From contig JAAPAO010000140.1 of NCBI GenBank assembly GCA_013115145.1, forward strand, positions 619 to 64,618: a stretch of DNA of 64,000 bases. Direction: 5' to 3'. Shown piece after piece: positions 10,870-23,916 of this stretch; within the stretch, counting starts at the first letter, position 1, and every line of letters begins with the position of its first letter. The position numbers and the translations under genes were made by a program. Under the pieces are notes generated by a model that had not been told where the DNA came from, did no database searches, and worked only from the letters and a program-made list of their open reading frames with translations. Source of the stretch: Perkinsus chesapeaki ATCC PRA-425. Its lineage: Eukaryota > Protista > Perkinsozoa.

Positions 10870-13800
10870 TTAAGAAACTACGCTGAATAAGTCTAGCGAT
10901 AACATATAAGGCAGTACGAACCTACCTCGCAGGGGAGGGGCCGGCTGGTGAACGCTCTGCGATAGGCGTTCTTGTAATACTGTCGTGGCCAATGAAGCTC
11001 GACGAGAGGCTTGTGTCACCACTGAAGCATAAGTTTTGACAACGCGACTGTTATGGTTCACCTTGAGCTGCTGAGTCGATCTATTTCATCTCGGCTTCTC
11101 GGTGAACTAGTCGATATTTTATCTCTAGTGGCTCTACTGGTATGTCTAGACAGCCCCTCTTGAGGGAGTTCCAACTCAGCAGCTGCTGCTGCTGCTGAGC
11201 TGGTTTGCCGTACAAGTCCTCCTGGAGGAAGGGCTGCGCTGGTTTGTCGATTGAGTGCTCCAATCGGTGCAAGTGGGGCGGTCATCTCTTCGGACTTGTT
11301 CAGAGAGGAATTCTTCCGCGGTGTTCCTCGCCTAGAAAGCAGCAATCCTTCAGAAACAGCATCTCTAAATAACTACATATTAACCGCTTCGGGAGTGGCC
11401 GCCACAGTACTATCGGGGCTCTCGTTCAACACAGGCGTTCTGTAAGCGCTCTGGGCTCTCGTCAACGGTACCGGAGTTGCCATCGGCGAAGATGCGTATG
11501 CCGCCGACTGTGTTGACTTCAACGCAGGTTGTTGATAAATCGGATTGTATCGCGAGCCTCGAGTCGCTGGACTTTCATCGCGGCAGAGACCAGAGGCAGC
11601 AGCAACTCTAGGGCTCTGTTGGTAAGCATACAGGGATGCCCGAGGGCTAGGTTGATATCTCCGGGACGAATTGAGACGATCCGCATACAGCGAAAGTGCG
11701 CTTGACTCGCGCCTGATGCCGTTGGGGGCAATGGAGCCCCGAGGTGTGCAGTCAACACCAGCAACGGAGCTTGAGTCCCTGACAAACACACATTCGAGCA
11801 ACAAGATTGTAGTCGGCTGCGGTGGCGGGAGGCTGACTTGACTGACCTCCAAGGATCGTCCTCATTGGGCATAGTGTAGTTAGATGCTGCCTTCAAAGCT
11901 GAGAATGACAAATGAATAACACACCATAAGTGAGTAAGGGTGAGCTTCTTCTTCTAACCTTCAATATTCTTCCTTCTTTGTTCTTCTCGTTCTTCTCTAG
12001 CTCTTCTCCTCTCCTCCAGTTTCTCCCTTCTTGCCTCATGCTCCGCCCAGGCCTTCGCTTCAGCATCAGAGTTGCTGGTGAAGGAATCTAACCATCATCA
12101 TTGATACGATCGAATGATCATCATCATTGATACGTATTGGATGAATTACGATTGATGATCATCATCAATCGTAACAGAATGGTCGTTATTAATTTGATCA
12201 AGAGCTCCCAATCACCGAAAAACTATTAGTATCAATCACCGTAGGCAGGGCAACAAGCCCGGTATCACGAGTCACCGCTCGGAAGCACAGACAGACTCCA
12301 GAACAAAATTCCTTCGAAACTGGCGTTCCTACGTTAACGACCAAAACGAAGCTACTCGAACAACTAGATGGCTGGCTCATCGCCCACCTATCCGGGCCGG
12401 AGCCACCGCACCATTTTGGCCTGCCCCCCTCCTGCTCGCCGTAACGTCATCATCGTCATCATCATCAGCACTCAAGGCAAATGAATCCTTCGCGGATGAG
12501 GCCATCTTCACAGGAGTATGTCTGCCATCACTTATTGGTGATCTCCGTGCTTGCTGTTCTGGAGAGGGGGTAGGCTGTAGCGTTTCCGCTGGTCGGCGGC
12601 CACCACCACCGGCAGCATCAGCCGGATGAGTCTCATTGCCGGATGGCTTTCCAGGTGCTTTCGAGGCGGGTATACTGAGGGAAAGCGGCGAAGTAGGATT
12701 GGCCTCTCTATGAACTGATAAGGTTTTCGGCCTGAAGTTTAGAACACTGAAACTTTTGTCTAAGGCTAAAACACTGGAGCTAACGAAAACCAATACCATC
12801 GGGAAATATTCATATTGCCCTGGCAAAAAAGGGTAAAACCCCTGTGCCCCTAACTGCCTTCACTCTGTCCTATCGTGAACTGGGGGTTAGCCATCAGACT
12901 AGGCCAGTGGCCCTGGGTCACTCATAGAAGAGACTCTGATTACCGCATAAATGCAAGTTTGACTACAAACACTCGCATACGACATTTGACAAACATAATA
13001 CAAACAAGAAAAGATTCCCAAGAATCTTGTTATTTAGGTCATCTATTTCTAAAGTCCACAAAGGTAAGAAAACGTGATCACGTTGGTGTAGAAGTAATTA
13101 TTATTTTTCTATTCCTTCAGCACTACAACGACGCTACATTAGGTCACAAGATATCCCTCCAGACCTATTGAAGAGAAAGCCGCCCATTGAAAGAATGTCA
13201 TTCAAGCTTGGATGAATAGTATCCATTAGACACAAGTTATGTAAGTCTAGGAATAACAAACTGACAAATGGCGACTGGCTACTTACCTCTGGCTCGGTTT
13301 GCCAGCAGCTGCTGCTGCTGGCACTTGCTTGCTCCTCTCACGGTGAGCCTCATCATTATTATGATGTTTATGATGATGGTGCTTCTGTGGTGGCGGTGGA
13401 GGCGGGTCGCTACTAAAACAGATCCCCATATGCGAAAAAAGTATATCAACTGTCATGTCGAGTGCCCATGCCACCAGAGCTCAAGAGCAATGAAAACTAG
13501 CTCCGAAAAATGGTCGAATAGGGGAGCGTTGAAGTGTAAAATAATGTACTAACAACAATAAAGGAAGGTGTCACCAATAATCTTTACGATACATCGAAAT
13601 TGAAACTGCACCGCTACTTCAAGTGGGCTGCTGCAAAGTGCCGGTTTCCCCGACTAACCCTCGAGCGGGAGAGGTCACCGATAGGTCCACCCGGGCCGTA
13701 CTGGGTCGGAATTCACTTCTATATCTTCTCAAATTGGACGGCCCTGTTGCCGTTCCGCTCACAACTGGAGCGGTGTCATCGAGCACGCTGCTCCGATAGG

Positions 13801-15060
13801 GGCGTAAACCTGGCTGAGCAACTGATCCAGATGCATGCGTACCGAAACCAAAGCTTCTGTAGAAGGAAGGATCGTCATATACATTCGAATAGGTTCGCAG
13901 ACCCGCCCCATCAGCCCGCCAACGAGCAGCAGGATATCTCTGAGCACCCGATGTAGTGCATGCTCGCTGTTTCTCGATATCCGCGTCAAACCAAGAAGGC
14001 AGATCGTGACGCCAACGATCTCTACCGTACATCATTCGACGCCCAATAGTTTTGGCCGCTAGAGTTTCTGATGATGAAGAGCCCGCTGAGGACACCAAGT
14101 CGGAGTTTATTTCCTCAGGAAAATCGTCTCGATGCAAATGAGCTATATCATCGTCCAGCGGTGCTCTCTCTCTCCCATGATAGTGCGGGTAAACTGACCG
14201 CTCCCTCTCGAGAGGCACTGCCTCCTGACATTCCTCTGAGTTCGACCGAGCCCCAACTAGACCGTAATGTCCATAGTTCGGCCGACTCTGATTTGACTTG
14301 GACGAATCCCTGATTTAAAGTGGCTTGGTCGATGTCCCCCTACTACCTTTTACAAGACTTAGCGCTGTGGCCACTGGTTGTACCTATGATAGATATGCTC
14401 ATAGAGCGATCGTCTTACACACTTTAGGTCAAAGTGATAAAATACATCATGAAGATATTTTCCCCGTCGGCCGGGTTGCGTCTAGTATAATAACCTCTAC
14501 ACTAAAATCAACGCAATCGGGGCGACATCTAAGTCGCTCAATTCGGATATATGACCAACATTCTCCAACCGACTTTCATGATCAGGTATCGATCATCTCT
14601 CTAGTACAACATTTCGAACGCTCCATCCCGGCAATCGGCTACACTCCGTTTTGGACATCTTTTACTAGTAACCATCAATGACATCACTTCCCCTATACTA
14701 CTTTCTATCTCCTTTTCGTCTTTAGGGTCCCCCGAATAGCAGAGTAGCTTCTCGAATATGCTTCGATGCCTCCTGCTCCCTCTCCCTAAAATAAACCCTT
14801 TTCTACCTTCAACAACTACTGACTGCCTTACCTTCAGTGCTGGGGCTGCGGCTATGACCTTCCCCACTCTTCTTGGCATGACCGTTTGAACTGACATTCC
14901 ACTTAAACTCGAATCCTTTCAACCAACAGAAGTTCGATACGAGCAAAGGTTTGTGGAACAACTTAATACGTATCTTTGGCGATAGAATACGCGGCTTTAA
15001 GATTCTCCTCTCCAGTAGCGTCCTCATCTCCGCTAACTCCACAACGCTTCCTTCAATTTT
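10870..15060 (-). CDS. Hypothetical multi-exon low-complexity protein(s)
   Basis: Chain of minus-strand ORFs/exons (14809-15042, 13619-14218, 13283-13474, 12377-12826, EEREEQR-rich exon near 11950-12070, 11058-11852) with splice-like ends; no domain recognised; gene count uncertain. Confidence 0.3.
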
Positions 15061-15704
15061 TTTGATTATTTCCGGTTAAAATATTTTCCTGCGAATTTCC
15101 TAGGCTCCCCTTCTACCTTTTGAATAGATTGAATATATCACCAAAGGTAATACCAAAATACCATTGATCTGAATTGATGCACATTTATAGGAATAACAAT
15201 ATAGATACACACGACATAGGTTAATAATAAAAAACAACTGTGCCCAGGGACTTATTCACAAGAAGGGGTGGCTATGGGAAGGAAAGTGCTCTTCCGATGC
15301 TGAGACATAAAGCAGATCGATTACTGTAAAATATGACCGGAGACCAGAAGCAAATATAGAATGCATGAATCCTTCCTATGTGCCGTTGACAGCGCCAGCT
15401 CCTTAGACTCGTACTCAGCCAAAGATATCAAGAAAACCAATGCATGCGCTCTTATGGAATTTAGTGGCGCAGTGACGATTTTCTGATCAAACCAGCCATT
15501 CCAAGCCTCCCTAGCTAAAGTTAAGTGTTATATTATATTTTTCAATGCATCTCATCATATTTATATTTCACTTTTCTAAGTAGTACCCTCCCCTAAATTG
15601 AAGTATAAAGTCGATTGTTTGGTTCAATTTCAATTTTAACGTTTAATTTCGCTCCCTATTTCGCCTGGTTGAGCTGTTGACATTTGAAAGCATTCCTCCT
15701 TGTT

Positions 15705-16405
15705 ATGTCCGACAGTCTTTGCTACGATCAGAAAGCGAGAGTGAGGCAGGAACGAATCTGGGATGAAATAGTGGAAAAAGAGCTGAGGTTCGATGATAGC
15801 ACAAAAAGATACGCTGAAGCTAGACCTTAAGATACAATCGACCTTTTAAAAGATTCCAAATGAATCATACAAGACCATTGCCACCAACAGTCACCACAGT
15901 TACTGATAAGGTACAGCATAAAAGCCCTCAAGAACGAGTAAGATCAAATCTTTATAGTGCGATACTGGGGGAGTATCTTTTTAGATACTAGCATCTAAGG
16001 TCGATGCGAGCTCCTATGAGATTCAGGTGATGCGTCATCGTTCTAAAGTGCCAGCTGAGCGTCTGACCGCCCCAGAGACCAGCCAGCAAGAAATCGGATG
16101 GCTTATTGGTGTTCGGTAAGTGTCTCATGATCGAATTCACCTCTATAGAGGCTCTGGGATCCAGGTCCTTAGAGCTCAAAGGTAACAAACGGCTGCCACT
16201 TCAAACTGCAAGTAGCGACTGCTCAAGAGGAGAAGGCCCTGCTGTGCTGATGCAACAGGCAAGGGATTTACCAGCTAATACGTAAGGGTTGTGTGCTTAT
16301 TTAATAGATAGCATATTATTTGGTTTTACATACAGAAAGTATATCTATAAAATATGTCAATAGGAGACTAGGTAGCAATAGTAACAATTATGTATTATAC
16401 TACTA
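15705..16405 (+). CDS. FAM183/CFAP144-like axonemal protein (multi-exon)
   Basis: Spliced translation MSDSLCYDQKARVRQERIWDEIVEKELR|YNRPFKRFQMNH...KVPAERLTAPETSQQEIGWL resembles the FAM183 KELR and PxTxxQEIGW blocks; 3' end approximate. Confidence 0.5.
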
Positions 16406-16726
16406 AATAAGCTTCATTTAAACCAGCTATTGCAGCTCATTTTACTCCAATGTTGTCCTTATGTGCTTCTGAACAGTAGTGTGTATCAACAATATTATGT
16501 TCACTGAATAGTTCACTAGGATTCAACGTATGATAAAATATCATAATAATATACGGTAGATATCATTACCCAATGAATACTAGCTTTTTAATGCATAATT
16601 ATACCATAAATGATCTTGTCATTTTTCAGGGTCACCGATTTGAACTCTTTAAACCCTTCTAGATGGCGTCACAGCAAGTCCACATGCGATGTCACTCAAT
16701 ATGTTGATGAGTAGTATCTTATCTTG

Positions 16727-16755
16727 AAAACCCGAAACCCAAAACCCAAAACCCT
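16727..16755. repeat. Short degenerate telomere-like (A3-4CCC)n tract
   Basis: AAAACCCGAAACCCAAAACCCAAAACCCT, four units. Confidence 0.6.
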
Positions 16756-16923
16756 ATTCTTTGCTTTCAGATACGTAACTTTCTTTCGAAATAATCCTTT
16801 TAATAAGTCGTCAAATCCGCGGTGAACTCGCATGTTCTTTGGTTGTCGATATTGCCTTGCTCTTGTGTTCGGGTGTCCCGCGGGCGGCGTTGATTCATTC
16901 TTGCCTGTAGTTTATCTCTCAAT

Positions 16924-17554
16924 ATGGAAGGTCTAGCATTTGATCAGTTCAAGCAGCGCGATTTCAGTGATCTGGCCAAAGCAGGGTTCGCTGGGAACCT
17001 TAAGAAGACCCTAGCAGACTGCTCAAGTCATGGTGGCTTTGCACAACCTAAAATAGAGGATCTTGGAGGTGAGTCTCGATTATTAGAATGGAGATGATGA
17101 TCATTGAATAAGAATGTGCTGCTGCCTTTCTGAATAATCGTTCCGGGGACAATAGTGGTTTATAACAGTGTTATGTTGTCTATTCATATCACCATAGGTT
17201 GTTGTTACTTCATCAGCGAGCAGCCTTGATCAGTAGTACTGCTCAATGTGCATCTATGATGTTAGTTGTCAGTAAACCTTTAGTATGATATTCAGTAGTC
17301 CGGGTGTCCAGACAGCTTTGGGTCATCAGCACAGCGTAAAACAACATTATTATAACAACACAACATCGTTTATTTATTTCTTCTGATTGGACTTCCTTTC
17401 AGGTGCATTAGCCGATTTCTTCGGTGATGGCGATGATGATGATGCCACCACCGATAACGACTTGATGGCCCTCGGAAACGGCATTAATGAGGCAGCTGAT
17501 TTTGCCAAGTCGGGAGGCGAAGCTCCTGATGATAAAAAGTCCAATAGTTCCTAA
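16924..17554 (+). CDS. Hypothetical small acidic protein (two exons seen; may have upstream exons)
   Basis: MEGLAFDQFKQRDFSDL...KIEDLG|GALADFFGDGDDDD...KKSNSS* joined in frame across a GTGAG...TTTCAG intron. Confidence 0.4.
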
Positions 17555-17673
17555 GTATCCTCCTTCCTTCTGGTACATTAGTTTTCAATATGCTACTGTC
17601 GTTTATTAAATACCAATTATTTTCACTATCCCAATATTCTTTGGTTTAAGAGTAGTTGGAGGCACATGGTGAG

Positions 17674-20600
17674 TCATACCGAGGCTACACCAGGGTGAGA
17701 AAGGTTCATTTGGACCGTTCCTCGCCGAATGATATTGTTAGGAAGACAGGTCTCCAGTCGGTGGTGCTGCATATGGGATGCCCAAAGACTCGATGACATT
17801 TTGGTATCGAGGCTGCTGTAATGTATAATCTGCTTGAAGCACTCTGCCAGTGATCGGACAAACGTGCAAAAGCTTCCAGAAATCTCCAAAGAAAATTTCG
17901 CTGTCCAACATAATATAAAGACGATGCCCACATGCTCACCAACAAGGCTCTAACCGGTAGATCTCATACTGACCGAGTAAACCCGGCCTACCTCTCTCGT
18001 GCAGACAAACAGGTTAATGGTGTCGGCGGTGTCGCTGATGTTCTACCACTAGTATTGTTTCAAACGGGCCTACTAAGGTCTGGTATACTTGCTCCTAAAT
18101 GCGTTTCATCACCTCATTGGTTCCCGAGCATGGGTGCGATGTGTCATCTGCTGCGGAGCAAATCCGGACATTTGGTACACCCTACGCTTCTGTAGAGGAG
18201 GAGTACGGAATTACAACGACCGATGACAGTTGTCTATCAGGCTGCACCGCGGTGAGATAACACCCCTCCTCATCACCGTTGTAGCCGTATAAGGGTCTGA
18301 AACTTTCTACCAATGACACTTACAATGCGTACAAGCATTTTTATAGTCGGTTCATCAACCATAGTTGTTGTTAGTAGCATTATCTCGTTTTGGTCTAACC
18401 AAGTCAAATCTAGTATCGTCATAACCCTCTACGAAGGGTAAGGTCTCACATGCAGCTCAGTTATGCGGAAATTATGTGGGAAAGTGTTCAAACAAGCAAC
18501 AGTAGTAGAATGCATCATCAGTAACACAGCAGGAGCAGGCGGACCCGATGAATAAATGCTATCAGGGGAAGTTTCGGGACATTCCGAAGTCGAGGCCGCA
18601 TAGCAATCTTGCTCAATATCCGAATAATGCAACATTAGTTACTTTGCTGTCCCATCGATGGCCGTATAACCGTTCAACACTGTTTATTCTCAGATGCGTC
18701 TCTGTTGTAACATCCACTGCAACGGCCTCCCTCATGTTGAAACTGTGGCGCACTGTCTCGGTGGAACGCAGTATGAACCACTTCTGCGTCAGGGGGGCAA
18801 AGGGAAGGAACGAAAAATTGGAGTGAGAGTTGACAGCATTTGAGATGGTATGGTCGCCACAGGTTTGTGACTGCTTGCCGCACGGCACTTTTGAAACGGC
18901 TATATTAGTGAGGCCCGATGTTGTCAGACTCGCAGACTCCACAGATACTTATCCTGCTGGTGAGGGCTTTGGGACCTACACAGAGGAATGGTAGCGATTC
19001 AGGTGTAGCGGAAGACCTAGTTGTTTGTAAACGTGCTTTACTCGATGCTGTTCGGCGGCTCGATCTGCCTCTGGGCATCGAGGCTTCATCAATATCGTTG
19101 GTCGTCTCAGTACAGGAGGGAACGCGTCCAGTTAAGGGAGACTGGAGTGACTGGCCGTGAGTGGTTCTAAAATGCTGATGTCAAGTTGATTCCTCAGTTA
19201 TCTTACCACAGACGCAGTGAAAGCTATAATGGAAGGAGAGTTAAGGGAAGCTAACGGAAGGTGCGACAATACCTGATGGGAAATGCGAACTCGGCATGGC
19301 CGTAGGTCACTTAAGATAAATCACTTCCGCACAAATCTGCCTTCAATTGAAAGAATGGATTCTGGTGGAGGAATGTGGAATCATTGTTTGATGTTTGGTA
19401 TTGACAGTGAAAGAAGAACTTCATGGTTGGATAATAACTGTCTTGTGGCGGCAGAGAGTGAAGGCAGCAGCACCAGGAGACTGAAGGATGCTGTAGGTCA
19501 GCATCGAGCATATATTATATTCTCTCTTGTAGCACCGGTTCACAGTAGGGGAAGCCTTCTGCATCCCCGAGGGCCTCTCCGAAGGGGTATACAAGCTCCT
19601 TTGTGTCGTTGCACCTTTACAGCTGGATGCATCCTTCGCCACGCCGCTTCTATTCGAGTACGATGCTGCATCGTAAATGCAAGGGCTAAAGCATCCGTCA
19701 TTGTTTATTCAACAAAACGCGTATTGCGTCAAAGGGGCTTTGAGGTCAGGCAGCACGATAGGGTTTTTCATGGGTAAGGCGGATCAGTGTGGGATCATAG
19801 GCGAGTCGCAGAGACAACCAACTGGTTGAAATCCAGCAGACGCGCCCTCCGGGGGAGATAAATCAAACTGGCATGTGCGGCACATAGGCAGAGTCATTAG
19901 AGGACAAGCTTCAGTTAGGCGGGGTGTTGCAGACAACACCTTGAAAACCTCGAGTCTTGAGTCTTGCGCAACACTCAAGTTAGGCTCGAGAGTTTCCGGG
20001 TATGTCTTCCCCGTAGCATGTCTTCCTATACGCGGCCAGGGTGTCTTCTGGCCACCCTCACCCCAACTAGGCCTTAACACTCTTTCATTTACTCTCCCTC
20101 ACGGTTTAGCCACATGGCATGTACATTCCTTGTGATACCGCTGGTTGGCCAGGCCCATTGTGGCTGATCTGTCACCAATGGCAACGTCCCAGTCTTCTCT
20201 GTTCTCCGTCCGATTCATGTCGATGCTCTAGCCAAACCTCTGCATGATGATGATGATGTCTATCTCTCTACTTGGTGCCGGGGAGCATACAGTATATGTA
20301 CGCGGAAGAATTTCTCAAACCCGCGCGCACTCCAGAAGTTATCATTGCAGCGATAGAGGGCCGGCTCTATCGCTGCTAGTATCATTGCTATCATTATGTT
20401 ACGCACCCTGCGCTCTGACCTCACCTTGAAGCGCAGAGTTGCTCTGCCTGTCTACACTGTACGTGTTCTCGTGGCGCAGAAGTTCCACCTTTTTTGCTCA
20501 TAGCTATACTTTTCTTGAATCTGGTATTTCGGTCCTTTCCTTTACACTGGCCGGTGCAGCGCCGGCGGTGCTGGTACGCGAATGGATGATATCCACCGCG

Positions 20601-20890
20601 TCGTTCTGGCAGTGTTTGTCAACTCGACACTTGTACCCGAGTGGGGAAAATTTGAAGATATAACTCAGTTGAAGGTCTGAAGCTTCCTTTAGCGATACTC
20701 GATCATGGCGCCTATCGCCTGCGTGCAGACCAACTCCCACGCTTACTCATACTACTTATAACTTGACAGAGCAGCCACCCAATCTACAAGGGCTCTTACA
20801 GGAATAAAGGAATTCCAGCTGAGACAGCATGTCAATAATACGGATGTCATCACTACAGCGTTGAACTATTGCAATAATGCGAGGCAATGG
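17674..20890 (-). CDS. Hypothetical multi-exon protein
   Basis: Successive minus-strand open segments bounded by GT/AG (e.g. 20504-20740, 18613-18800, terminal exon 17674-17900); no family recognised. Confidence 0.25.
17747..17856 (-). pseudogene. 110-bp inverted copy of a carboxylesterase coding fragment (22193-22302)
   Basis: Reverse complement matches 22193-22302 at 108/110 nt by manual alignment. Confidence 0.95.
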
Positions 20891-22092
20891 ACATCTAAGA
20901 ATCTACAGATACTCTTTTTCCGGAGGGCGCCTATCGGCGCCTCTATAGAGTATTGATGGCGTAAATTGTGCGCCAGCACAATCGCTATCCGCGATTTATC
21001 ATCCCAGACTCGAGGATCACAGGAACACACGCCTTGAATCGAGGAACTCCCGCTGGGTGATTCTCCGCTTAAGTAGTACTACTTTTTAAGGTATTTCATG
21101 AGTTCAGACAAGTGGGCTCGATTGTATCGTTCCCAGCGTTATCCATTTGTAGTACTAAGCTGACATTTTCTGGTGCTTAATCCTTCTTCGTCTAACACTC
21201 CGACTGTTGGGTTTGCACCAAAAACGAGCGGCCTGGTCCCGTTATGGCTACGCCATTGATCGATCCAGCGTTCATAATACTTTCCCCAAACCAGTTATGG
21301 TAGGAGAATTTGTCAGAATTTGTGTGATTGGTGTAGGAGACTGGGCCTGGAGAACCAAAATGCAACTCGACTGATTCGCTCTTGGATTTTACTAATTTGA
21401 CCTCGGCTTGTATAATAATGTTTGATTATGAGTAAGAAATTCCCATCAGCACTGAGGAAATTCAATTTAATATTTGATCAAATGGCCCGTGCTCGGTTGC
21501 TCAACAGTAGTGGGCGTTGGGACATGCTGGTCAGGGGCAGGAGCACTCGTGCGATGGATCATCGCCGATGGTGCCCCGTCCCTTCCCAGATGTCGCATTT
21601 CCAGAGAAATGCCTGAAGAGCAACAGGGCGGGACGGGTGGGCAAACGCTTTTCTGCCACTAGACCGGGGGTCTAGGCGATATACTGGGGCTGGCGGCATC
21701 GGAGACAGCGAGAGGACGATTGCGCTGAGCTATGTTTCGGTTGCACGCATGCGTTGATCTTCCCTCCGCGCGCGCTATTTGACATGGTCCGATGACTTGA
21801 ACTGTTAGGATACAGTACCGACCCTGCTATGATAGCGGCGCTATCTCAGATAGCGATATCATTATTCACAGATAGTCTATCTGCGAATAATTCCCTTCCG
21901 GCGGAAATGTACAAAATTTTTTTGTCAAAAAATCCTACAGAACGTTTTCTTACATGTGTGCCGCCCATATTTTGCTTTTCTGAGGCTTTCAAATTCAGAC
22001 TTTGGAGCTGCTTCAGTGAAACTATTTAAAAGATTCGTCCGTGATGGAGGAGCACGGGGTTATGTACTATTTTTTCAGACTTCTGTCACCTC

Positions 22093-23916
22093 ATGTCATA
22101 CATCGTTCTATTCCTACTGGTACCCGTTTGCGCCGATGCAAGTTCTTTTTTGGACCGAAAAGCCTCCCAGCAAATAGAGACCAAGAACGGATCGATCACT
22201 GGCAGAGTGCTTCAAGCAGATTATACATTACAGCAGCCTCGATACCAAAATGTCATCGAGTTTTTGGGCATCCCATATGCAGCACCACCGATTGGAGACC
22301 TGCGCTTCAGAGCGCCTCGACCATTTAATGAGAGCTGGTCTCACCCCCGGTCGATGGTCAACCGAGGGCTATTTTGCGAGAAACACGAGGATTGCCTTTA
22401 TCTTGATGTCTACACTCCCGAGAAGGCTCCTGGGTTCCTTTCCCTGCCGGTATTGTTCTGGATTCACGGTGGCGGTTTCATGGGTTTCCACTTCCCTCAA
22501 GGAGACGGAGTTGCACTCTCAGCAGCTCACGACTTGGTTGTGGTTATAGCTCATTACTGTTTGGGGCATTTGGCCTTCTTCGCATCTGATGCTTCTTTAT
22601 CAGAGGAAGGCTCAACTGGTAACTGGGGAACGCTTGATCAACGAGCAGCCCTATTATGGGTAAAGGAGAACATTGCGAACTTTGGTGGTGATCCTGGACG
22701 GGTTACGATAGCGGGAGAGTCGGCTGGCGCTTTCAGTGTATTATGGCACTTGGTGGCTCCAGGGAGCGCTGGTCTTTATCATGCTGCTATCCTCGAATCT
22801 ACCACTGTCATAAGTCCAATTTTTTACCAAGCGAAAAAGGACGCGTATCGTTATTATGAATGGGTGGCTACTCAACTTGCTGGATGCAAAGACGCACAAG
22901 ATCTTCAATGCCTCCGCAAGGTAGACTTCAATGAATTGCAACTCAATTCTTCATGGCAAAGCAATGGTAAGATGAAGAAGAAGTTTGGACCACCCTGGGC
23001 ATCAGTGATGTTCCCAAAGTATCCCGTAGGACCAGTTATTGATGGTGTGACGCTACGGGATTCTCCACTCAACGTGGTTAAGAAAGGTGGCCACTCCAAG
23101 GTGCCTATCATACTCGGTGTTAATCATGATGAGGGCACAGGGTTTATATACGAAGTCCCTCAATATATTCAAGGAGCATCGCATACACCAACCGAAACGA
23201 TAGAGAAGAAGTTGATGGCCTACCTGTTAGGCGAAGCTGCTGTAAAGGCTGGTATCTTGGAAATGTACCCAGATTCAGAATACCACTCGTGGACCAACAG
23301 GGCGGCCATTTTCTCGAAGGCTTCTCGGATTCTTCGTGATTCGGCCTTCCACTGTTCCACACTACGTTTGGCTGAGGCGCTAATCAAATGGGATGATAGA
23401 GTTTACATGTATACTTGGAACTTTGAAGGTCTTTTTGGAATTCTGGATTATCTCCCTATTATACCCTTCACTGGTGTTGACCTCGACAGAATGGGGTTCT
23501 TTCACTCGGCCGAGCTGCCTTTCGTGCTCAAGTATTTCCCTCAACGGCCCGAGCTCAGCATGTATATTTATGCTGGACACCCACCTCGAGAGAAGAATGA
23601 TGATTTTCATAGATTATCCGATTGTGCATCGTGTATGTGGGCCAATATGGTTACATTCCATAGTCCAGTGGGTGGTAACGCCTCCTGTGAGTCTCACGTC
23701 AAACTGGTTGATTGGCCCAAATTTGATGGTGAAAGATTTCTGTATATTAGTAGGAATCCAAGAGCTATGTCAAGATCGAATAGCACTGGTGCCTTCCCAA
23801 ATGATATCTTCCCATCCAACAGAAAATGTAACGTCTTTGATAATCACCAAGCAATCTTTCGTGATGTACGTATTGCAGTGGATAATCTCGAGAATTGGAA
23901 CCCAAATATCACTTAG
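22093..23916 (+). CDS. Secreted type-B carboxylesterase/cholinesterase-family hydrolase, intronless
   Basis: Signal peptide; FLGIPYAAPPIGDLRF, EDCLYLDVYTP, HGGG oxyanion loop, GESAG nucleophile, NHDEG acid, FHSAEL His. Confidence 0.95.
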   Translation: MSYIVLFLLVPVCADASSFLDRKASQQIETKNGSITGRVLQADYTLQQPRYQNVIEFLGIPYAAPPIGDLRFRAPRPFNESWSHPRSMVNRGLFCEKHEDCLYLDVYTPEKAPGFLSLPVLFWIHGGGFMGFHFPQGDGVALSAAHDLVVVIAHYCLGHLAFFASDASLSEEGSTGNWGTLDQRAALLWVKENIANFGGDPGRVTIAGESAGAFSVLWHLVAPGSAGLYHAAILESTTVISPIFYQAKKDAYRYYEWVATQLAGCKDAQDLQCLRKVDFNELQLNSSWQSNGKMKKKFGPPWASVMFPKYPVGPVIDGVTLRDSPLNVVKKGGHSKVPIILGVNHDEGTGFIYEVPQYIQGASHTPTETIEKKLMAYLLGEAAVKAGILEMYPDSEYHSWTNRAAIFSKASRILRDSAFHCSTLRLAEALIKWDDRVYMYTWNFEGLFGILDYLPIIPFTGVDLDRMGFFHSAELPFVLKYFPQRPELSMYIYAGHPPREKNDDFHRLSDCASCMWANMVTFHSPVGGNASCESHVKLVDWPKFDGERFLYISRNPRAMSRSNSTGAFPNDIFPSNRKCNVFDNHQAIFRDVRIAVDNLENWNPNIT

